Source: Girardia tigrina
Taxonomy: Eukaryota
Assembly (NCBI GenBank): GCA_001938485.1
Contig: MQRK01220918.1
Location: 1-64,000 of the forward strand
Length of the DNA: 64,000 nucleotides
Reading direction: 5' to 3'
Shown here: in pieces, positions 39,601-50,529 of the stretch
How the letters are laid out: every line of letters begins with the position of its first letter
Position numbering within the stretch: position 1 is the first letter of the stretch
Program-made: the position numbers and the translations under genes
The notes under the pieces: generated by a model
Seen by the model: the letters and a program-made list of their open reading frames with translations, nothing else
Database searches by the model: none
Told to the model about the DNA's origin: nothing

Positions 39601-42600
39601 AACCGAAGAAAAAGTCTCAGAGGAAGAGGAAGAGAAAGAAAAACTAGTTAGTTATAATGAGGTGATCTCATATATTAATTTAGTGGAAGCTTATATGCTG
39701 CAAAACAGTTGTACCGATTTTATTAATCTTGGAAAAGTTAAAGAAGATATTATGAAAACAAAAAAAAAGAAAAAGTATGAAAATCACGGATTATTTTAAT
39801 AAAAAAATTCAATAAATTTCTGAATTTTCGTTATTTTTTTTACGAAAGACCAAAATCCATGTAAATTGATTTTCGTTAAACCGAACTTTGACTGTATATA
39901 TTATTTACTTAAACACTTTTTATTAAACTTTTGCAAATTTAGTAAATTATTTATACTATAATGAATATTGAATCGTTACCCCAATTCGAAATAGGAAACC
40001 CAGCTGCATGGGATAATTATGCGCGCCAAATGAACTATTTTTTGATGGCGAATAAAATAACAGACCCAGAGCAGAAGGCGACCCTACTCACACTGGTCGG
40101 TACGGCGACCTTTTCACTGTTCTGCACGTTAATAGCTCCCAAGGAGCAGACCTGGATTATGATGAGCCCAAGGATGTGCTTAGGGCTCATCTCGCACCTA
40201 GAACTTCCAGGGTCTATCTGCGATTCCAGTTTGGAATGCGAAAGCAACAAAAGGGGGAAGGCATATTGGCATATATAGCCGAGCTTCGAAAAGCAGTTGA
40301 TAAATGTGAATTCGGTGCCACGTTAGACGAACGCCTAGTGGACCAATTCGTGATCGGGGTAAAGGACCCAAGTATTCAGCGGCGACTATTGACCGAAACA
40401 AGATTGAAACTCGAGGATGCTGTCAACTTGGCATTGGCAGTTGAAGCAGCAGACGAACAAGTACGGGCGATATATAGTTCCCCGGATGAAATGACGAAGT
40501 CTGGAGAATCTGAACATCAGATCTAGAATGATCATAAACCACAGCAAAATGAAACATGGCCAACAAAAGTAAGAGCAACAAAACCGTGTGCTGGTTGTGG
40601 GGGCAAGCATAGCCGTGACTTGTGCCGTTTTAAAGATGCTTTGCGCCATCTCTGCCAGAAAAAAGGATACATTCAAAAGGTGTGCAGACAGGTAAATCTA
40701 AATCTTAGCACTGGAAATCAACTAACCCAAGATCGAAAATGGAATAACCCCAAACAAGAAGTACAGCATATGCCCGATGAATACAGTGTTGAGCATGTAA
40801 ATGAAATTAAAAGCAAAGATACCAAGATTGTCATCACGCTCAAGCTTCAAGGAATGCCCTGCACTTTGGAGGTTGATTCCGGGTCGCACTATACATTGAT
40901 CTCTTGGCCAACTTACAAGAAGTTGTGGCCGATTGGTGGACCAAAGTTAGAAGCTTCTAGTCTCCATCTGACAGACTTTCAGCGGAATAGAATTAACGTG
41001 AAGGGCAGTTGCATTGTTTAAGTAAAATTCAAGAATTTTAGTCAAAAATTGCAACTACTTGTAACAGAAGGCGAGCGGACCAGTCTATTAGGACGACTTT
41101 GGTTCTCACCATTGGGCCTGTCCATCGCTGGTGTTGACTTAGTGGAACTCAAGTCAACAACAATCGACCAGCTACTTGATAAGTATAAAAAACTATTTTC
41201 CTGAAAGCTAGGAATATACAAGAGGAGATAGACGCATTCTTTGCCAAAAACAACAACTTTCAAGTCGACTTTGGTTACCATTACAATTCGAAATTAGTGA
41301 TAAAAATTCACACCGGATAAATTGAAAATCGAACAAGAAAACGAATTCGCGATTGAAAATGATTTATTTTTATCCAAGCGTCACAAACAATTTTTTGCGC
41401 CAATAAAGATTTGTTTATTTTATTTAAACAAATCACATTGAAAAAAGGAAAATTCAGATAATCATAATTACATTATTAATACTTTTTACATTTTCAAAAT
41501 ATAAAGAAGTTGAATGAGAAAATAATTAGTTCAGAAATTCGATAATAAAAAAGAACGCAATATAATAAGATGATTAAGTCAAAATTAAGACTGCAACAAT
41601 TGAAATGTTTCAAAAATGTCTTTCCAATAATTAGTTTGATTTCCAAATTAATAATCAAATCACCAATCATTTATTGTTAAATCATTATTTTCCTTCATTT
41701 TTTTGATATTTGATTTTCACGGAGGTCAGTGATTAATTTCAATTTGAATTTTCAACGCAATAGGGAGAATTCATCATGGCTAAATAGCTTAAATTTTCAA
41801 TGACTGTTTGTTTGACAATTGAATTCTGATCGTTATTTGTTTTTTAGAAGTAAAATCTTTAATTTATCGAAATATTTTCGAATTGGTTCGATTTGAAACG
41901 GTTTAATCTGACACAGAATTCTGATTAACGATTTATGTAATCTAGTCGATTTTAGTAGATATTTCTTCATCGATAATTCGTTAGAAATCAATTTATCAGT
42001 AATTAATTGAATCAGATCCTGTGCTAAAGTCTTTAACAATTGCTTGTATTTTAAGTAGCAAAAGTCACTAAAAAAACGTGACTGAATTTCAACAAACATT
42101 TTTTTTTGTTTTTTAATTAAAATTTATTAAAATTTCAAACAGGAGGAATTGTGCTCTAGATTGGAACTAGTTCTCCAACGTTTTCAAGAAGTAGGATTCA
42201 AGGCCAAGAAAGAGAAGTGTGTGTTCGGAAAGTCTTCTATTGAGTTCCTTGGGTACAGAATTGATGCATCCGGCATCCACCCAGCGGCCGGTAAGGTAGC
42301 GGCAATAAAAAAACGCACCAGCTCCCTAAGATAAAAAGGAGAAGCAAGCTTTTCTTGGTTTGTTGAACTTCTACAACAGTTTTTTTACCAAAAAAGGCAT
42401 TTGTGGCGGAACCTCTGCACAGACTGCTTGAAAATTCATCGACGTGGACCTGGACACGGCAACACCAAGAAAGTTTTGATGCAACAAAGTCGTTACTAAC
42501 ATCTGACAGTGTCTTGCGACCTATCGAGACAGATCTACCTATAGTGGTCACGTGCGACGCTTTGCCACATGGAGTAGGAGATATCCTGAGCCAAGTTCTA

Positions 42601-42841
42601 AAAGATGGCGGAACCGCACCAGTTGCATTCACATCTAGAACTTTATCTCCAGCGGAGCGGAATTACGCTCAGATAGATCGCAAAGCATTGGCACTGGTCT
42701 ATTTTTAAATTTTGTTTTCAAATTTTCGATTTCGAATTCGATGCAAAACCCAAAACTCAGTTCACATTTTAAAAAGTTTTATTATTATTTCCAATTACAA
42801 ATTATTACAATTGATGCAGTAAAACAATACTGCAATTTTTT

Positions 42842-42876
<35 letters not shown>

Positions 42877-45800
42877 NNNNNNNNNNNNNNNNNNNNNNNN
42901 NNNNNNNNNNNNNNNNNNNNNNNNNNATATATATATATATATATATTTAGAGAAAAATTTAGAATTTATTCAATAAGTTTTAACCTTTTTTTATGATTTA
43001 TCAAATTTCAAAACAAAATGTCAGATAATGATAAAAACTGAAATTTTTATACACACAAATGTTTATAATTAATTCATTCATTAATTTGAATCTTCCATTT
43101 CTCCCCCGCACGAAGCAATTAATTATCATAATTGTCCTGACTCTGTTGACCTGCTATCCTGGAAATCTCCTCATCTCGTTCGTTAAACTCTTTTTCATGA
43201 ACATTGTCGTTGTTTCGCGACGAGTTTTAATTTAAATAAAAAAAATACAAATAAATCGAATCCGAAATGAAGTCGACATTCGATGGAATTATATCGACCA
43301 ATTAAACCGAATCTATGAATCAATCAATAACTAAGTCCCAAGAAGATATTAGTTCTTTGGAAAAAATTAATTCTAATTTGGATCATGGGTTTTGAATAAA
43401 TAAATCAAATATTCCTCTTTTTGTCAGCACAATAAATGAAATTCTCTCAAATAATTCCGAAACGGAATTCATTTCAAAATTAAAAGATAAAATGAAAAAT
43501 TTTTCTCAATTAGTTTTATGTGATTGGGAAAAAAACTCTAATTTATTATTATTGTTAATTTTCGATATGATTTATGAAAGTCAAATTGTTTTAAATATTT
43601 TATTTGAATTTTGATCGAAATCAGAAATTTTTGTAATTTGTTTTTATTGATCATTGAAATTATTATAATTGGCGCAAAAAATAATTGTTTATGACGTTTG
43701 GATAAAAATAAATCATTTTCAATCGCAAATTCGTTTTCTTGTTCGATTTTCAATTTATCCGGTGTGATTTTTTTATCATTTATTTCGATTTGTGATGGAA
43801 ACCAAAGTCGATCGATTTTTGGACGAGAATTTCCAGGCGAATAACGCCTATCAACCAACGATCGGGGCGACTTATGGCGCGCGCCAGTTGAAGAACAGCG
43901 ATAATATTCCGATTATAATGGGCGTTTTGGACACGTCAGGGAGCGAGCGATATCAGTCAATGACTCGAATGTATTATCGCGGCGCTAAGGCGGCGATTTT
44001 GTGTTTCGACTTAACAGAATCGATCAGTTTTAATAAAATCAATTATTGGTATCGTGAGNNNNNNNNNNNNNNNNNNNNNNNNNNNNNNNACAAAGAAATC
44101 AAAAAGTCTCAGAACTCTAAACTAAAGAAATGTTGCGACAACGTATTGGCGCAATTGAAAGAGAAAATTACCGACACAAACGGCCAATCAGTCGTCGTCT
44201 TACCGTCGATCAAATCCGATGTCAACACTCTCATGAACGATCCGCGCTTCTTTCGGTCATTCGAAATGGCGTTCTCGTGTAAGTCTCAGATCATCAAAGC
44301 CATTCTCACGATCTTCATCAACCCGAGTCTCGAGGTTAAAATTTTAAATGTGACCCCCCGACCGGATGCTCGCTCCCCGTCGCCGGCGTGCCGCAGCCAC
44401 AAAATCGCTGCGCCCGCTCTTGCACCATCAGTCGTTCTGATGATCAATTTTACACATTTACTGAATTGCTCGTCTTTTCAGTATCCCAACAATTTCGATA
44501 AATACCTCTATACATCTGTTATCAGGTCCCAGAATCCTCCTCTTTACTACTGCCACAGGCCATCTTTTATTATTATCACCCGATTCTAAAAACCATACCA
44601 AATCTCCCTCTTTCAGATCACGGTTTTCTTTTAACCATTTACTTCTGTTCCTCCATTCGATGATTAATTCCCTTTTCTATCTGTTCCAAAATTGAATAGT
44701 TAGATTCAACACGTGCCTCCATCTGGAGTTTACATTTCCTTTTTCTGATCCTGTCATCATAGAATTACATCCTCCTTGATAACCAGCAATGATAAAATGA
44801 TTTGGCGTAAGTATCGGATTGTCTCTAGGATCTTCCATGGATCTCGTCAACGGTCTAGAATTAACGATCCCCTCTATTTCTTTTAAGATTGTTTCCAATT
44901 CCTCATCAGTAACTTCAGCCGTACCGCGTATGGTGTATAGCGCGTTTTTGATTGTTTTCACCATAGACTCAAAAATTCCTCCAAAATGAGGCGCCCTCGG
45001 AGGATTAAAGATCCATCTAATTTCCCCATCATTTACTACCTTTCAGGCCTTGTATCTTGTTTAATCTCTATAATTTCGCCATTTATCCCTCGATAGTTTC
45101 CTCTGTTATCCAAAATTATCATCGATGGTCTTCCTCTTCTGGCAATAAATCTTTTAACGCTCTTATAAGATCATCAGTATCCGGCTTTTTTGTTATCTCC
45201 AAATGTACCGCTCTACATTAAAGGTAAATAATTAAACAAATATATCTGTTCTTCGCTCTTCTCTGTCCATGTTTCGTAAGGATCGGATCAGCGACATCAA
45301 TTCCGATTTTATCGAACGCTTTTAACGGTTCTCGAAGACGGAACTCTGGCATTTCTCCCATTTGTTGGGAGATTCCTTTCGCATTTCTTCTTGAACAAAC
45401 TTCACAATTTCTTTGATAAAGTTTTATAGTTTTTCGCATTTTTGGGAACCAAAATCTTTCGGATAATTTACAATACTGTTGATTAACGCCAGCACTGAAG
45501 ATATTCTTGATGAACATGTCCCACTATCAATTTTGTTATTGGACTTTTATTAGATAGTATTATCGGATATCGTAAATTCCAAGGAAGGTACTCAGATTTC
45601 ACTATCCTGCTGTTGATTCTCAACAGTCCGTCTTCTACAATCATATGATTTGCTTTTAATATTGAGTCCTTTACTTTAAGTGTTTTTCCTGCCTTAATTA
45701 TTTGTATCTGCTATTTAAACCATTCCTGTTGATCTTCCTTTATTATTTCTTTTTCTGCTAATTCAAAGTTGAAAAAACTAATTTGTATTTGGAAGGAATT

Positions 45801-47659
45801 ATCTTATGTATACAAAGTGAATAATTTAGCGTTTGTTTAAACGCTCCAATTGATACAGTTTTTTATTGATGAAATCGAATTTAAGTTGATGTTTATGTAA
45901 AATGTAAATTTTGAAGAATTAGAAATAAAAGTTTGAATTGAATGTCGTTTTCGTTTTTAAGTGAAGAGATAATTCTGCGGTGATTTCAAACATTACAATT
46001 GTCTTTCTTCTTTTGAGGTAAAAAAAAGAATATAGTGGATAAATAGAGAATAATATATAAATATGTACATCTTACTGCATAAATACTGGTAATAAGATCA
46101 CAGTAGCTACTTCGATAATCTTGTTTTTGAATTAAAATATATTGTGTATATTATCAAACAAAACGTAGTATTGTATTTAAATATTTATATTTGAAAAAAA
46201 TGAACACATTTAATTCTCCCCTGTAAAGGAGACTTTATGCTGCAAGTGTCTGTTTTGTTATTTTCATTTTAAAATAAAAATTAATTAAGTACCCGTTAAT
46301 TCGACCGATTCCTGTAATAATACCACCTGCTGGTACAACTTCATCACCATACATTTGATATCCTGCAAACTGGGACAATTCAAGAAATGGAGATCTATTT
46401 TTTGTTAATAATTACACATAAAATTTTAATTTCTTTACCCAGCATCAAGCAATGTATTTATTCGATCTCTAGGGAGCATTTTTCCACGTGAAGTATGACG
46501 AAGACAGGCTTTTTCACCACCTCCTTCATAAAAAGAGTTATAAGAAAAACGATTGGAAAATGTAAAAAAAATCATTATAAATAATATTTGAAAGTTAAAA
46601 AATCACATAAAAAGAAATGAAAAATCATATTTAATAATATAAAAACGGTTTTATTGAAGTTATAGCTTAAGGTTCTAAATTTTATCTGAAATTTATTGAA
46701 TGATTGTTGCATGCTGCTTTTTCCAACACTATAAGGCACGAACACTTGGTTAATTTACCAAGTTGTCTCAGCCACAGATTAACACAATTTGAAGTTAAAA
46801 TAAATCTTATATTAATATTTGATTCTCTTTATTTTTAAAAATTTTGTCTTTCATAAATTTTATCAATTTTAAATTACGATAACATTATAATATATTTAAT
46901 CATTTCGTGAAATTTTATTTATTAAAAATCTCCATTTTCATTCTGTTATATACAATTATCTTCAATCAAATTTTATACTTTTAAATTATAACGGAATTTA
47001 CAGTTATGTAATCGTTTCGTTTAAATTTATTAATTTTTAAAAATCTTTACATATTTAAAAAAATTCTACATTTTAATTTGTATATCTTATTTTACACTAT
47101 CTCAAAAATTTCTTAATTCTTAACAGTTTAATTAAATCTTATTAATTTTTAAAATTTCTTTTTACAAACTTTATATATTTAAATATATCTAAATTTTAAT
47201 TTGCTTATATTTATTTTACCCTTATTTCAATTTTTTCCTGACATTTCTTAATTCTTATGACATCAAGTCCGTAATGATGACACATCGGACTCTCACGATA
47301 TAGTCGTTTTAGTAGAAGAAAATTACACAAATAGCGAATTATCATTAAACTTTAGTTGAATTGAGCATGCCTTAATTGTTTAGTAAATATTTTTGTATTT
47401 TTAAATTCTTAGATAAACTATTAAAAGAGTAGGGGGTGTAAAATTCCAAACTTTAAAAATAAGGACCACCCTAATAATACCTTTTACAAAAAATGTCAAA
47501 GATTATTGATCTATTTGCCTAAAATATCAGTTTGTTTGTTTCTTGCTTTGTCGGTCACCTATGATTAAAATGAGAAATGGTGGAGGACCCGGAAAAAACC
47601 ACTTAAGGACTTGGTCAATCTGAACAGCTCGTATCGAGGCTTCATTGAAAACCGCCGGG

Positions 47660-47709
<50 letters not shown>

Positions 47710-47759
47710 NNNNNNNNNNNNNNNNNNNNNNNNNNNNNNNNNNNNNNNNNNNNNNNNNN

Positions 47760-47810
<51 letters not shown>

Positions 47811-49227
47811 CGTAATCATTAATTCACAGAATTTTTTATGTACATTTTTAAATTTAACTTCTTTTTTGTCTCATCTTTTAAAGCAATTTTTTATTTTTTT
47901 CTTATTTTTTCACAGAAAAATTAACTGAAAAAAACAGACAAAAAACAATTCCAAAAACATTATTGAATTTTAAATATAAAAAAATTTAATTCTATGAAAT
48001 ATATTGAAAAATATGAAATAAATTTTTAAATATTTATTTCGATCTGAAATTGTGGTACGAATATTTTCTGAAATAAGTAAGAGATTAATTTCGCTTTAGA
48101 ATTAGTTCCGCGTTGGAATTTGCCAAAAAATATCCGCGTACATTGTGCAAATCAATAATGAAAATGAAATGAATCTATAATGAAAAATACTGATGAGCTG
48201 ATAATTGATTATGCCTAAAATAATCACTCCACCGAAGCTCACAATGAACCGATGAGAAATTTGAAAGTCCAACTTAAAAACGAGTCAGAGGCTTCTTCGT
48301 GCAGCTCAAGGGAAATTTTCGATAATATTTCAAGGAATTATCCAAATGAAGTTTCATCAAGGTTCTATTATCCAATGGTAGCCAGAAGTCTACTGTTGAG
48401 AAAGCATCACTGCTACTTAATTATTCATGAAACGGTATGTTGAAGACCTCGAGGAAAATGAGACCACCAGACAAAGTGACTTAAATCTTCTCTCAAACGT
48501 CAATCTTAAATCTTCTCTCAAATAAGTCCATGGCAGTTTTTTATGCAATCACATCAATATAACTGACCTATCAAATTCATTGGAGCCGTACGAATATGTT
48601 CATTCCGTAATGATATTGACTGGAATATATTTTTGTGTATATCTTTGGGGTTTTTTGTTTCAATTTTTCATTAAATAAAAGAATATTTAGTGAATATAGT
48701 TAAAATATATATTTGACCGAAACCGGACAATTGGGCACAGAAAATTTAAATTATAATAAAATAAATAAAAAAATAAAATAAATATTCCTAAAAATAAGAA
48801 GATATTTTAACTATTTGATCATTGATTTTTAGGATTCTTTTTAAATCATATATGAACTTCCATATTGTATGATGATCGATTCCAAGAACAAATGGGTGAA
48901 GAAAAATTAAATGATAATATTTAGGTGATAGATTAAAATCAGTCTTCAAAAAATAAGAACACATTATATTAAAAAAAATATTTACAGAATAAAATAGAAA
49001 AGAGTTTCTACAAATTTTCCATATAAATTCATACAATTGTTTTTATTTCTTGATAATTCAATATACATTATTTTCAAAACTATATATGGTTATTCTAAAT
49101 TAATAGACAGCCCTCTGAGATATTCGATTTTTCACGTTCATTGCAAGACAAGACGATTCTTATGATTCGCTCGTCTAAGTGCTGATATTTAATTCTTTTG
49201 GCAGGTGGTCTAACACGCTGAATCATT

Positions 49228-49270
<43 letters not shown>

Positions 49271-50220
49271 GATCATTGATGTTTTGGATACTTTTTAAAC
49301 AATCTATGAACTTCCATATTGTAGGATGATCAATTCCAAATTGTACTTGAAGACGTCTATGAGCAGCTCCTGCATAATTGTTTATCCTATCTTCTCTTTC
49401 CAACGTTCTGTGGTAAACAAACCAAGTTGTTGGACTAAACATTGGAGAAGCTATTGTCCAGTCAATAATTGACATAAAACATAAAAATCTTCGAACCAAT
49501 TTAAACGTTAAGGTATGGCTCAAGATAAGGTCGAAAAGATATCATCACTGAAGATAAATCCTGAATCGGAATACAACATCTTATTTTTTTAGGAATGTAT
49601 TATCATTTATTAATTTTATTATAATTTAAATTTTCTGTGCCAAATTGTCACGTACCCATATTTGACAGGTTTCCTTAAATTAAAATTAAACAAAATTAAT
49701 TCCACATCCCTATATTTTGGCTAAGAAATAGGTTATTTGAAAATTAATGTTAAAAACGTTTAAAATATTTTTCCTGGTATGCTTATAATTTTTTATACAT
49801 TGACATATTTTCATATTTGTTTGGGCCGATACGGAACTCTACCTGGATCAAAACTTAGTCCAAATTTATATCGAATCAATATAAAACACGGCAAATATCA
49901 AATAAAAACACAAATACAACATCCCACACTCAATCAAACGACTCATCGACACCGACCTTGGACAATATTGGCTACTTTTGCCTTCAAATCATCGACTAGC
50001 GCTTTCATCGATTGATAATTTTCCTTTCATTCAAACGAGAAACGGAAAATCGAAATTCATAATCAAAAACAATCAATACCTTATACGTGTGATCAGTCAC
50101 ATTAATCGATGACAAATAGAAGTCCTCGTTTTCGATTAGTTTTTGGCTGTGATTTGTGTTGAGAAAATACGTGTTGGAAAGTTTTCGTAGACATGTTTTC
50201 CATTTCAAAGATTTGAACAT
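16301..50220 (-). CDS. MCCC2: Methylcrotonoyl-CoA carboxylase beta subunit, 12 coding exons, 1710 nt, 569 aa
   Basis: All introns GT-AG, phases consistent, no internal stops. Motifs [52 protein letters not shown]. Basic presequence-like N-terminus. Confidence 0.95.
16643..16914 (-). CDS. MCCC2: MCCC2 exon 11
   Basis: [18 protein letters not shown]...[14 protein letters not shown]...VMGGEQAA. Confidence 0.93.
17240..17500 (-). pseudogene. Penelope-like reverse transcriptase C-terminal remnant
   Basis: CILVFKN...[17 protein letters not shown] motif. Confidence 0.55.
18069..18391. mobile_element. pogo/Tigger-type MITE
   Basis: TA|CCGTGTTACCTCGAATA ... TATTTGGGGTAAACACAG|TA imperfect TIRs. Confidence 0.7.
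18998..20855 (-). mobile_element. hAT element (deleted) with nested mariner
   Basis: TIRs TAGAGATTTCAACTA / TAGTTGGAATCTTTA; 8-bp TSD ATTATAAG; hATC remnant [16 protein letters not shown]. Confidence 0.85.
19878..20761 (-). mobile_element. mariner element, internally deleted
   Basis: TA|TTAGGTTGTCCTAAAA TIRs; [22 protein letters not shown] motifs. Confidence 0.9.
21033..21176 (-). CDS. MCCC2: MCCC2 exon 10
   Basis: [47 protein letters not shown]. Confidence 0.92.
22700..23945 (-). mobile_element. 5'-truncated RTE-like LINE with C-terminal C2H2 fingers
   Basis: EFCYLGS...DINQRI...YYDSECW RT C-terminus, then CTFPSC..H..H, CPME.., CHFPRC..H...H; stops and frameshifts. Confidence 0.75.
24183..24351 (-). 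CDS. MCCC2: MCCC2 exon 9
   Basis: [21 protein letters not shown]...[22 protein letters not shown]. Confidence 0.92.
24651..25897. mobile_element. Tc1/mariner DDxD element (rosa/DD41D-like, here D47D) with inverted 3' half
   Basis: TA|CAGGGTGGCCCATT TIR; N-terminal part on + (24810-25075); [34 protein letters not shown] on minus. Confidence 0.85.
26496..26595 (-). CDS. MCCC2: MCCC2 exon 8
   Basis: [27 protein letters not shown]. Confidence 0.92.
27545..27720 (+). pseudogene. Degenerate Penelope GIY-YIG fragment
   Basis: [23 protein letters not shown]...LCKRMQEH, related to 5976-6365. Confidence 0.7.
27724..28890 (+). mobile_element. Degenerate mariner element
   Basis: TA|CGTGGTGCGCTCAATAAGT end; [40 protein letters not shown] motifs. 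Confidence 0.8.
28890..29795 (+). mobile_element. MULE (Mutator-like) 3' fragment with 15-bp subterminal tandem repeats
   Basis: [37 protein letters not shown] motifs; (ggtattaactgtcgc)n ending gtccgtacacc. Confidence 0.8.
30484..30662 (-). CDS. MCCC2: MCCC2 exon 7
   Basis: [20 protein letters not shown]...[15 protein letters not shown]...[10 protein letters not shown]. Confidence 0.95.
30722..30834 (-). CDS. MCCC2: MCCC2 exon 6
   Basis: [37 protein letters not shown]. Confidence 0.95.
30885..31012 (-). CDS. MCCC2: MCCC2 exon 5
   Basis: [42 protein letters not shown]. Confidence 0.95.
32446..34513 (+). mobile_element. hAT Buster-type element, deleted; transposase C-terminal remnant ~33165-34035
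   Basis: [42 protein letters not shown]; ends CAATGATTCC / GGGAAACACAG; flanks agaTAaag / agcTAgag resemble a decayed 8-bp TSD. Confidence 0.75.
34090..34332 (+). mobile_element. RTE-type LINE 3' fragment
   Basis: GHQIRK...[20 protein letters not shown]...NREMW followed by an (aag)-rich tail. Confidence 0.7.
35225..36350. mobile_element. Fragmented mariner: 5' part on +, 3' part inverted
   Basis: Related to the 27724 family; [15 protein letters not shown] on minus. Confidence 0.6.
35500..35882. mobile_element. Solo LTR inserted in mariner
   Basis: TGTAGTTACC...GGGTACACTTCA with 5-bp TSD GTTAG. Removal restores mariner NVSKSTLQ. Confidence 0.75.
36638..36810 (-). other. Orphan coding-like exon with AG/GT flanks
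   Basis: 173 nt, open frame [24 protein letters not shown]...[13 protein letters not shown], flanked by tttgttAG and GTaat. Not MCCC2-like. Confidence 0.5.
37232..37330 (+). pseudogene. eIF4A-family DEAD-box helicase Q-motif fragment
   Basis: [17 protein letters not shown]-(frameshift)[15 protein letters not shown]. Confidence 0.85.
38192..39894 (+). mobile_element. pogo/Tigger transposon, frameshifted transposase from 38326
   Basis: TA|CAGTCAAAGTT...AACTTTGACTG|TA; CENP-B-like HTH ([12 protein letters not shown]), [26 protein letters not shown]. Confidence 0.92.
39961..41230 (+). pseudogene. Gypsy gag-protease remnant
   Basis: [24 protein letters not shown], Cys/His knuckles, protease [18 protein letters not shown]. 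Confidence 0.85.
41231..41405 (-). pseudogene. RAB24: Captured Rab24 5' flank and N-terminus
   Basis: 41281-41231 encodes [17 protein letters not shown] (Rab24 N-terminus into G1). Inverted paralog of ~43665-43810. Confidence 0.7.
41833..42099 (-). pseudogene. Unidentified host-gene-like 5' fragment inside the Gypsy pol
   Basis: ATG after an A-run, 88 aa open frame, not retroelement-like. Confidence 0.3.
42140..42700 (+). pseudogene. Gypsy RT C-terminus / RNase H remnant
   Basis: [58 protein letters not shown]. Confidence 0.9.
43795..44058 (+). pseudogene. RAB24: Rab24-like GTPase fragment lacking the P-loop
   Basis: [15 protein letters not shown] (Ser at the catalytic Gln position, a Rab24 hallmark), [16 protein letters not shown]; runs into an N gap. 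Confidence 0.8.
44091..44290 (+). pseudogene. ARFGEF1/2 (BIG) N-terminal DCB-region fragment
   Basis: [19 protein letters not shown]...LPSIKS...[13 protein letters not shown] resembles the BIG1 N-terminus as I recall it (KEVKKAHHSQLRKACE...LPPVKS...YFLPFELACQSK). Confidence 0.7.
44440..45760 (-). mobile_element. BEL/Pao pol (integrase) fragment
   Basis: RFW..MRKTIK...[45 protein letters not shown]. Confidence 0.88.
46293..46394 (-). CDS. MCCC2: MCCC2 exon 4
   Basis: [34 protein letters not shown]. Confidence 0.95.
46439..46523 (-). CDS. MCCC2: MCCC2 exon 3
   Basis: [28 protein letters not shown]. Confidence 0.92.
48718..49657 (-). mobile_element. Non-autonomous MULE
   Basis: TIRs gacaattgggcacagaaaatttaaattataa; 9-bp TSD ATATTTGAC; remnant [21 protein letters not shown]. 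Confidence 0.85.
49957..50023 (-). CDS. MCCC2: MCCC2 exon 2
   Basis: [23 protein letters not shown], 67 nt, AG/GT flanked. Confidence 0.9.
50080..50220 (-). CDS. MCCC2: MCCC2 exon 1 (mitochondrial presequence-like)
   Basis: [17 protein letters not shown]...TYK|GT, in phase with exon 2 across a 56-nt intron. Confidence 0.8.
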
Positions 50221-50529
50221 AGATTTTGAAAATTGTACACGAAATGAATTTTTTAAACAAAATGTGAAATGGTTTATTTAAACACACCGGTTATGAATTA
50301 TGTTTTGAGAATAACAGTATTAAACACAAAAATGGAATGTTTAATTTTAATACTTCAATAATTTTTTGAAAAAGTTTTTTGTTAAATAATGATTTAGGTA
50401 AGAAAAATGAGTACAACAATTATTCGGAATTGTTGAAGTTGAAAAGAAATTCATTTTTAAATTATAAATAAAATAAGTTTTTTTAACAAAATATAAATAA
50501 AATTATATACAAAAATGTATGATATAACA

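Larger units (their letters stand above)
37715..45997 (+). mobile_element. Gypsy (Mag-like) LTR retrotransposon, rearranged and nested
   Basis: 5' LTR 37715-38044 (TGTTATGT...ACATTACA); PBS TTTGGCGACGAG at 38045; partial 3' LTR ~45765-45997; 5-bp TSD ATTGT. Confidence 0.85.

Noticed and set aside
43792-44589. 265-aa ORF as a real Rab24-BIG fusion gene
   Set aside because: The frame is joined across an N gap of uncertain length, lacks the P-loop and runs into repeat sequence.
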